IMG/VR virus record: IMGVR_UViG_3300010163_000003
Location: 1 to 64,000 of that record
Length of the DNA: 64,000 nucleotides
DNA from: a virus
Lineage: Duplodnaviria; Caudoviricetes
Reading direction: 5' to 3' (one strand)
Shown here: piece by piece, positions 19,986-27,472 of the stretch
How the letters are laid out: every line of letters starts with the position of its first letter
How positions within the stretch are numbered: position 1 is the stretch's first letter
Translations under genes and position numbers: made by a program
The notes under the pieces: model-generated
Seen by the model: the letters and a program-made list of their open reading frames with translations, nothing else
The model's database searches: none
Told to the model about the DNA's origin: nothing

Positions 19986-20143
19986 AAAATCCCTCGGTAG
20001 AGATACCATACGGGTTCGATTCCCGTCAGCGGCACCATGTGCATCCAGATTATGTGTTCTCAAGTATGGTTATCTGCACAATAATATGGATGCACACCTT
20101 CTTATGTGTGTTTGCCCCCTTATCTGGTTGTAGGGGGCAATAT

Positions 20144-20272
20144 GAAACTATAGTATAATTGTCAATACGTCATAACTAATGGCCTGTCCATATTTTTTGG
20201 TTCCATATCATACCGTCCTTTATTTATTTATCTTTAGTTATGAAGATGAAGGTTAGAATCCTTCTAGTTTCT
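20144..20272 (+). ncRNA. tRNA-like RNA with 54-nt insertion in the anticodon loop
   Basis: Acceptor gaaacta/tagtttc, D-arm, 10-bp stem tcataactaa/ttagttatga, T-arm gaagg-ttagaat-ccttc. Confidence 0.6.
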
Positions 20273-20356
20273 CATTGCATTACATCCTTATTTTTCATTT
20301 TCTGCTATCCCACCGAATAAAACCGCTGTTCGGTGGGATCTTTCTAAGGAGATATT

Positions 20357-20926
20357 ATGCTTAAACATTTTTCTAATATATTGGGCATGGCAAAAGCGTC
20401 TAAAAGGTTTGCTGAAACAGTTGCAGATAGAGAATTTAAATGCCCCATTCTTATGGAATCAGATGCAGATATACAAGCAAGAGAATTTATAGATAATATA
20501 TATTCCACAAATGAACTTGGTAGAAATAATTCAAATGCTATCTTTAAAGTAAAAGAAATGATTGATTCCATTTCTGATACAATACCCAGAGAAGAAAAAG
20601 CAAGAACATTAATTAGAATAGCAAAGATAGCAGATATACATATTTCACCATTTAAAGATGATGGAGAAAAGCGTTTACAAGCAATCTCTTCTGCTTTCTC
20701 TGAATTTGCAGATACATCTAAAAAAGAATTAGATGACCTCGATAACACAATTGATTCTTTGACAAGACAAATTGAAACACTTCGAGAAGAAAGGCAAAAT
20801 AAAGCAGAACTAAGAGAAGCAATCAGCATGGCAATTGAAAAAGAAAGAAGACAAATAAATAGTCTTCTAGAAACTTTGGAAGACGCTTGTCATGACGAAG
20901 GAATTATCATACAAGTTTCTTTATAA
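20357..20926 (+). CDS. Hypothetical coiled-coil protein
   Basis: aaggag RBS. Confidence 0.6.
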   Translation: MLKHFSNILGMAKASKRFAETVADREFKCPILMESDADIQAREFIDNIYSTNELGRNNSNAIFKVKEMIDSISDTIPREEKARTLIRIAKIADIHISPFKDDGEKRLQAISSAFSEFADTSKKELDDLDNTIDSLTRQIETLREERQNKAELREAISMAIEKERRQINSLLETLEDACHDEGIIIQVSL

Positions 20927-20950
20927 ATTACTAACGAGAGGAGAAATCTT

Positions 20951-21490
20951 ATGGCTAGTTATCCAGGCGCACGTAGAATATGGAATAAACATAGCGAATT
21001 CGCTGGCAAAGCTGATGCTGACAAGGTTCAAAAAGAAATTGACCTTATTGCATCTCAAGACCCTAACGGCAAATGTACCGATGAAGGATTGGTAGACTAT
21101 GCAAGAAACAATCCTAACAGCGAATCTCATAACTGCTTCGAGTGGAACGACACAACTGCGGCAGAAAAATACAGATTACATCAAGCTGCTCGTATTAAAG
21201 TTTCCATCATAACTGTATACGACAAAACTGACAAAGATACTGAAAGCAGCGTCAATCAAAATACGAGCGTCCCAATTCAGGTAGTTACTAACCATGCTTT
21301 AAAGACACCAGGAGATGGGCATAAGAATATTGAATTCATTCTTCAGGACAAGAATGATTCAAAAGTTCTTGACGAACAAATGAAGCAAGCATGCATTCAG
21401 TTCATGGATAATTTTGAACGTAGATGGTGTCTTGCCCCATCATTCAATCAAGTATTCCCCAAACTACAAGCATTCGTAAACTCGTTATAA
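20951..21490 (+). CDS. Conserved phage protein (H.CFEW.D..AAEKYRLHQA motif), candidate accessory of the Cas7-like locus
   Basis: gaggag RBS; motif recognised by eye; sits immediately upstream of the pentamer array. Confidence 0.65.
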   Translation: MASYPGARRIWNKHSEFAGKADADKVQKEIDLIASQDPNGKCTDEGLVDYARNNPNSESHNCFEWNDTTAAEKYRLHQAARIKVSIITVYDKTDKDTESSVNQNTSVPIQVVTNHALKTPGDGHKNIEFILQDKNDSKVLDEQMKQACIQFMDNFERRWCLAPSFNQVFPKLQAFVNSL

Positions 21491-21530
21491 AAGTATGGGG
21501 CGCTAACGCGCCCCTACTGAATTATAAATT

Positions 21531-21791
21531 ACATGCCAAAATAGGCAATCTTAAATTATCATAGCACACGCTAACATATTATAATATAATACAAAAAATT
21601 AAATCAATAAGCGAGGTCATGACCTCAATACACCAAATGTTACGATAATAAGATTTCAACATAAACTACTTTATTGTAATTTATAATATTGATGTTCGTG
21701 GCTTCGCTTATTGATTTAATAATCAATAAATTTAGATCAAACTATCCTAAATGAAGCAAAAATATGATATTATATTATACCGTAAAATAGA
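21531..21791 (+). repeat. Pentamer (NYA-NN) array part 1: three modules (21531-21595, 21625-21685, 21732-21791), module 2 enclosed by a long stem
   Basis: A at every 5th base, e.g. tta ga|tca aa|cta tc|cta aa|tga ag|caa aa|ata tg|ata tt|ata tt|ata cc|gta aa|ata ga; stem 21598-21630/21687-21720 with G-U pairs. Confidence 0.85.
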
Positions 21792-21801
21792 GGATTTAAA
21801 T

Positions 21802-22011
21802 ATGGATGAAAACGAAAATGTAACTATTTGTTGTGATTGTCAATATTGTTGCGACAAATATAGTTTCCCATTACCAAATGATATACCCGAATTTAACGGA
21901 AATAATTTTCTTCTTAAAGCATATTGTTGTTGTATGGAAGATTGTGAGCTATACGGCAAACGTATTGATATGCTTGGGATTACTTCCTGTGAATATTTTA
22001 AAGAATTATAG
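21802..22011 (+). CDS. Small Cys-rich hypothetical protein inside the array
   Basis: gagg RBS before ATG 21802; CCDC.YCC, CCC..DC. Confidence 0.55.
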   Translation: MDENENVTICCDCQYCCDKYSFPLPNDIPEFNGNNFLLKAYCCCMEDCELYGKRIDMLGITSCEYFKEL

Positions 22012-22024
22012 GAGAGATAGTTAG

Positions 22025-22561
22025 TTGATATATAAAACAACAGTTTATATTCCAAGTGGAACGATTGAGAGAGTAAACAGTTTACTTTGTGCTCTTTCTT
22101 TTAAAGATCTTTCTGAAAAAGAAATTAGCAAATATAAGTTTAGAACCAACTCATGTGAAACTATTTTTAATGTGAAGTTCGAAGATAATAGCACATTAAC
22201 ATATGAATTATGTTCTGGCGATTCTAATTATTATGACAATGTTGTATGGAGAAGCGCTGATGGGATTGAAGAAACAATAGAATGTTCTTTCAGATTATTC
22301 AATGAGATAGAAATTGAAATCAATTCAAACAAATATATTGTTAATCTCATAGAAAATCCTCCTGAACATGGCAAAAAAAGATTAAACGTTACTGTGAATT
22401 GTTTAGCTACTTATAATAGTAGCATACTCGTTCCATATACTATGAATCTTGAAGAAGCTATACAATATGCTGAAAAACATATTGATGATATACCCCTTGG
22501 TTTATTGGAATATGTGTCAGACAGTGACAGTATCGATGAAGAAAATTGCAGTTTCGATTAA
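22025..22561 (+). CDS. Hypothetical protein inside the array
   Basis: ggag RBS, TTG start, 178 aa. Confidence 0.55.
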   Translation: MIYKTTVYIPSGTIERVNSLLCALSFKDLSEKEISKYKFRTNSCETIFNVKFEDNSTLTYELCSGDSNYYDNVVWRSADGIEETIECSFRLFNEIEIEINSNKYIVNLIENPPEHGKKRLNVTVNCLATYNSSILVPYTMNLEEAIQYAEKHIDDIPLGLLEYVSDSDSIDEENCSFD

Positions 22562-22607
22562 TAAGCTTTAGCTAGCTTTTAGCTAATTTTCTAGCTAAAA
22601 GCTAGCT

Positions 22608-23680
22608 TTATAGCTTCAAATATTGACTTAAGTATTGTAAGTCGATAAACGAGATTTAGTCTCAATACATGCTATACTATCATAATGTATAACACTATAT
22701 CACACGACAATATATAATATCTTAAGTCAATATTTGAAGCTATAAGTTTCAAAACAGGCCAAAATAGTCTAGCTTAGAATACTATCAGCGTACTATAGGA
22801 TATATTAAAACATTTTATGGTCTCAAATATTGACTTTAAGTCAATGACATCCTATTACAACCCATCTCAACTTAGCTTATAATAGCATAAAATAATATAT
22901 AGTAATATTATTACTTAAAGTCAATATTTGAGACCATAAAGGTCAGCAGATTACAAACTAAGCTTAATTTAGGGTAAATTAAAGTAGGACAATTTTAGCA
23001 TATGCTAGGATATTTTACTTTATGGTTTCAAATATTAGCTTTAAGCTAAAATACAAGCTATGCAATCCTAAAATAAATTAGCACAATCTATGCTATTATA
23101 TGACACTATAAAATATTTAGCTTAAGTCAATATTTGAAACCATAAATTTTTATGGTTTAAGACAAAACGCCATAAAATACGATAGCACATGTAATCATAT
23201 GCAACCATAGGACATGCTATCATAAGATATTTTACTTTATGGTTTCAAATATTGACTTAAGTTAATAACAGAAAAGAGATGTATAATAATGACTATATTA
23301 CTGACTTATCTGGTTTTTGTAATAAAAAATTCCCAGTTGAAAAACATTTTTATGTTAAAACTAATATTTAAGGTCATAAACCTTATCAGAATGTAATGTA
23401 ATCTATCGCATCTCATGACAACATATGGCACCTTAACATAATATAAAACAGTTTATGATCTTAAATATTAGTTTTAGCTAATAATAACAAACAAAAATAC
23501 TATATGATAAAACACTTCATTATAATTTAGACCAAAGTAAAAATAATACAAAGTATTTTATATGTAGACACCGCTACTTTTACAAAAGTAGCGGTGTGTG
23601 CTTATAAAAGCAAGCTTAAAGTAGGTCATTTAAAAATAGTTTAGCACATCCCACCTTAAGCTAATATAGCACATAATATC
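22608..23680 (+). repeat. Pentamer (NYA-NN) array part 2: nine modules separated by alternating-orientation ~26-bp repeats
   Basis: Modules 22662-22721, 22749-22814, 22842-22906, 22943-23019, 23053-23117, 23172-23236, 23383-23452, 23487-23562, 23611-23680; repeat consensus tttatggtYtcaaatattgacttaag. Confidence 0.9.
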
Positions 23681-23714
23681 ATGATATTTTAATTATTATT
23701 TGGAGGAATTAAAA

Positions 23715-24446
23715 ATGGCCACAAAAACTAAAGACGAAAACAACACTCCTATTGAAGAAAAGCTTACTCCGGGCACAGTTATCAAAATGAAACCCTTTGT
23801 TAAGGAACGACTTCAGGTAACTATTTGCAGCGATGACCACTGCGATCTTATTTTGAATAAGATGACACAAGAAGCTATTGAAGAAATCAAAAGCACACAA
23901 ACTAAGACGGCTAAGGGCACAAAGAAAGCGGTCAATATGTGGCAAAGGCTTATTGAGGGCCTGCATTGGATGGACAAGTATACTGGCCCGTATGTAGATG
24001 ATAAAGGCAAAATTCTGCATACAGAAGAAGCATACTATGACCTACTTAAAACCAATCGTATCGGTTACGATGCAAGTGGCATCAAGAAGGGTCTCTGCGA
24101 TGCGGCTGTTCGTGTACTTGGCGAATCTAAATCTACCATTATCAATGCCAATCTTCAGGTTATTCCTGAGAAGAGAAATCTCGTTCAGATTGAATTCAAC
24201 GAGAGTGATATTGATGAATCCGTAATCACTAACTGGAAAGGCTCTGCTTTCATTACCTATCGTACTATCCTGCGCGGATGGTCTAGTACATTTGCTGTAG
24301 AATATCTGCCAGATAATTTGTCTCGTGATCAGGTTATCGAGATGTTCCAGGCGATGGGATTTAGCGGCGGTCTTGGCGCACATCGTGTTGGGCTTAAAGG
24401 CGGCACTCATGGTAAATTCCATGTAGATAAGGTAATGCAACTCTAA
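23715..24446 (+). CDS. Stand-alone Cas7/RAMP-like RNA-binding protein (Vipr-like candidate), 243 aa
   Basis: ggagg RBS; internal IGYDASGIKKGLCDAA helix, YR..L.GW...F.VEY strand, C-terminal Gly-rich loop GFSGGLGAHR..LKGGTHGKFHV. Confidence 0.7.
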   Translation: MATKTKDENNTPIEEKLTPGTVIKMKPFVKERLQVTICSDDHCDLILNKMTQEAIEEIKSTQTKTAKGTKKAVNMWQRLIEGLHWMDKYTGPYVDDKGKILHTEEAYYDLLKTNRIGYDASGIKKGLCDAAVRVLGESKSTIINANLQVIPEKRNLVQIEFNESDIDESVITNWKGSAFITYRTILRGWSSTFAVEYLPDNLSRDQVIEMFQAMGFSGGLGAHRVGLKGGTHGKFHVDKVMQL

Positions 24447-24465
24447 AAGTTAATAGGAGATAAAA

Positions 24466-25428
24466 ATGGCTAAGAAGTATATTGATTCTCAAGCCGTTAT
24501 AGACAACCTAGATACTAACGGTGACGAGCTTACAGACAAGAGTAAAAGACTTGAAGTAATAAATAAATGCGGTTTAACCCAAAGACTTCAAGAAGTACTG
24601 ATTACGCCAGCTATGGCAACCGGACTTCTTCGCCTTAATCATGGTACTCGTGTTCGTCATGGCAATAAAGAAAAGATGAAATTTGACATGACTCATGGCC
24701 TTTGGGGAACCTGTGATAGCATGATTATGTTTAGTCCTAATGGTAATCTTGTTAATGGCAAAATGATATTAGAGGCTATACAAGAAAGCGGAATTGCACA
24801 AAGACTTGTGGTTATGACAGGCGTTGTACCGCATGTAGAAATAGATACTGGCGCTAATAGAACTCCGTTTGAAGTCATAACCATGTATAGAATTGGTGGC
24901 AGTAATTATGATGCTATACGTACTCAAAAAGTTATATCCGCTATTGGTAGCATGCTGCGTCGTAAATGTAGGCATGGCATGCGAATAGAAAATAGCGATT
25001 ATTGTCGGCTTTTTGAAACGTATAAAGATACCCTGCTTGAACTCCGTGATGTGTTAAATACATATCAGGGAGATGCTTATATCAATGCAGCTTTGATAGC
25101 AGCAAGATTAGATGGCGTTGATATTGGAGACATTTCTAGTTTTAAAGCTGCTTATTGTAAAATGGGTAGAAGTTTAAACGTGGATGATGCTCCAGTCAAC
25201 GTTTTTTGGGATTATTATCATGAAATACTCAGTGGATGCAGCACGAATCATTTTAAAGATAAGAAATTTGCAGCTACACAAACTGCCTTATATGCTTATC
25301 TGAATCAAACTACAATGACAAAGAAAGATTATATGCACTCCAGCTCTAAAGCGATTCATGATTACGATATTACGTGGCTGAATCAAACTATAAATGGAGG
25401 TTATGATTCTACAAAGTTCCATCTATAA
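24466..25428 (+). CDS. ParB/Srx-like N-terminal domain protein with degenerate active-site motif
   Basis: ITPAMA..LL..N...R, G.W, I.F...G.L.NGKMILEAI..SG, IDTG..R pattern; DGQHR replaced by NGKMI. Confidence 0.55.
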   Translation: MAKKYIDSQAVIDNLDTNGDELTDKSKRLEVINKCGLTQRLQEVLITPAMATGLLRLNHGTRVRHGNKEKMKFDMTHGLWGTCDSMIMFSPNGNLVNGKMILEAIQESGIAQRLVVMTGVVPHVEIDTGANRTPFEVITMYRIGGSNYDAIRTQKVISAIGSMLRRKCRHGMRIENSDYCRLFETYKDTLLELRDVLNTYQGDAYINAALIAARLDGVDIGDISSFKAAYCKMGRSLNVDDAPVNVFWDYYHEILSGCSTNHFKDKKFAATQTALYAYLNQTTMTKKDYMHSSSKAIHDYDITWLNQTINGGYDSTKFHL

Positions 25429-25441
25429 TGAGGACTGAAAT

Positions 25442-25636
25442 ATGATCGATAATGAATGGAAGCTATCCCAAGCATGTGATATATGTATAGCAGATATGGG
25501 GAAAGAAGATGAATTTTTATCACGTAGACTTTATGCATACGTTCGAGACCATTTTGGCATAGTCCCAGGTAGAGACTGGGACTATGACCTTATAGATAAA
25601 ATTCTTCTTGATATGTTAAATAAAACAATAATATGA
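25442..25636 (+). CDS. Hypothetical protein
   Basis: gagg RBS. Confidence 0.5.
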   Translation: MIDNEWKLSQACDICIADMGKEDEFLSRRLYAYVRDHFGIVPGRDWDYDLIDKILLDMLNKTII

Positions 25637-25667
25637 TTCCATAAAATATAGAAAGGAATCATAAGCG

Positions 25668-25988
25668 ATGAATCCAAATGAAATTGATGTAGACAATAGC
25701 ATTGTTGTCCGACAAAATATAACCAAAGTTGACGAAAACACGGTATTTTGTAGTATATGCTACAAAAGAATAGACGAAAAAATGGAAAATCCATATTATT
25801 TCGTATATTTTGTATGCGATGCAGAAACTATGCAATCTATCATTTTAGAGTCTACCTATGTAGAAGGAATTAAACCATCTTTTACTCTTATAGAAAGAGA
25901 TGAATATATAGACTCTATTCATGATGAATATTTAAATGCAAATAGAGAAAAGATTATTTCTGTAAGAAACAATACACAATGGGATTAA
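25668..25988 (+). CDS. Hypothetical protein
   Basis: gaaagg RBS. Confidence 0.5.
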   Translation: MNPNEIDVDNSIVVRQNITKVDENTVFCSICYKRIDEKMENPYYFVYFVCDAETMQSIILESTYVEGIKPSFTLIERDEYIDSIHDEYLNANREKIISVRNNTQWD

Positions 25989-26101
25989 AAGTTACAAAAT
26001 GGTAACAAATAATGAATTTTCATAGTGTATAATATATGTTCATGAGCTGCCTCTAACGAGGCGCTCATGGCATACACTACATTACGAAAGGAATTATTAA
26101 A

Positions 26102-26728
26102 ATGAACACAAAAAGAGTAATGCGAGGAATTTGTACACTGTGTCTCGTAGGAGCAGCATCTATCTTCTCAGCCGGAGCTTCATCTACAGAGACAAAAATC
26201 GTTATGGATCTTAAAGCTAAACAAATATCTGAGCAAGTTAAAATTATGGAGACTGCACACGATATGGCTGAATGTGCTAGAGCATTAGGCGAAAATGAAA
26301 ATAGCGTCGTTATACATACAGCGAAAGATTATTATAATGACGCTATGAACGCCCATAAGACTTTTTCTTCTGAATATGAAACTCTTTCTAACATGTATAA
26401 TGCTGAAGTTAAAGCAGAAGAAGAACAACGTCAAAAAGGTTCTTATATTGGCAAGTTTCTCGTTAGCGCCTATACTCCTTCTCCAAGCGAAAATGGAGGA
26501 TATGCTGTAACATGTACAGGCGTACCGCTTGCAGGGAACGAATGGGCATTATGTGCCGTAGACCCTAATGTTATTCCTCTTGGTTCTACTATTTATATTG
26601 AAGGCGTAGGTAATGTACGATGCCAGGATACAGGCGGGGCCATTAAAGGAAATCGAATTGACCTTCTGGTCGGATATGGAGAAGCAAATCGATGGGGAGT
26701 ACAAACAAGAAACGTATATTTAAGGTAA
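26102..26728 (+). CDS. Secreted 3D-domain (cell-wall lytic transglycosylase-like) protein
   Basis: Signal-peptide-like N-terminus; SAY, AVDPNVIPLGS, DTGGAIKGNRID motifs. Confidence 0.88.
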   Translation: MNTKRVMRGICTLCLVGAASIFSAGASSTETKIVMDLKAKQISEQVKIMETAHDMAECARALGENENSVVIHTAKDYYNDAMNAHKTFSSEYETLSNMYNAEVKAEEEQRQKGSYIGKFLVSAYTPSPSENGGYAVTCTGVPLAGNEWALCAVDPNVIPLGSTIYIEGVGNVRCQDTGGAIKGNRIDLLVGYGEANRWGVQTRNVYLR

Positions 26729-26894
26729 AAGATATGGCAATAAAATATGTTATAGAATATTCTAGCGTAAATGGGACAGTAGAAACATTTTGTGACAATT
26801 ATCATGATTTCGAACAAAACTTATTTGCTGATGTAGAAAGAGAAGTTCGAAGAGGCGCTACTGAAATTAGAGTTACTATTGCTGGCGATAAAAA

Positions 26895-27458
26895 ATGATT
26901 ACAGTTAAACCATTAGAATGGTATCCATGTGGGAATACAGGATGTATTGCATCATCTATGTCTGTTGACGTTGGACTTAAATTAATTATTGATATTCGAT
27001 ATTTTATAGAGCCTACAAAAAATGGATATGATGCAATTTTAATGTTTAAAATAGAAACAAATTATGAACATTTCGATACCATTGAAGAGGCAAAAGCTTA
27101 TTGCGATCAAGAAAATCAAAAATTTTGGCAAGAAGTATATGAGCGAATGCTAAGTAATGTGATAACAATAACTGCTCTGCCAAACATTGAAAAACGCGGT
27201 GAAATTATGAAACTTATTGATGCTAATCATTTAGTGTTTAATGCTGAAAACGAAAGATATGCAACTATGCGTGAAATTGCCAACGAACCTAAAGTAGACC
27301 CAGTTCATGCGGCAGGCGCATGCTATTGCAAAGAATGCAAACATTGCTTCTATGACGAAATTAACAAACATAATTATTGCAACCGCCCTCTTGGTTTAAT
27401 TGGGTATTCAATCGTAAGAGGCGATGATTTTTGTAGTCATGGAGAAAAGAAAAACTAA
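26895..27458 (+). CDS. Hypothetical protein, C-terminal CxxC domain
   Basis: ORF; VDPVHAAGACYCKECKHC..DDFCSHGE type phage domain. Confidence 0.55.
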   Translation: MITVKPLEWYPCGNTGCIASSMSVDVGLKLIIDIRYFIEPTKNGYDAILMFKIETNYEHFDTIEEAKAYCDQENQKFWQEVYERMLSNVITITALPNIEKRGEIMKLIDANHLVFNAENERYATMREIANEPKVDPVHAAGACYCKECKHCFYDEINKHNYCNRPLGLIGYSIVRGDDFCSHGEKKN

Positions 27459-27472
27459 TCTATAAAATAATA

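Larger units (their letters stand above)
19341..20037 (+). tRNA. tRNA-Leu(UAA) interrupted by a group I intron (exons 19341-19375 and 19986-20037)
   Basis: Joining gives aggga-ctt|aaaa-tccct anticodon arm, long variable arm, acceptor gccgctg/cagcggc+ACCA. Confidence 0.88.

Noticed and set aside
22842-23019. Decoding modules 6 and 7 as further polA matches (FAYAVD, ALKAMG)
   Set aside because: Only about 6 consecutive dinucleotides fit and the flanks do not; this could be chance.
22608-23477. Classical CRISPR array
   Set aside because: Repeats alternate in orientation, intervening segments are 65-95 nt with internal 5-nt periodicity, and no cas1/cas2/cas6 are present.
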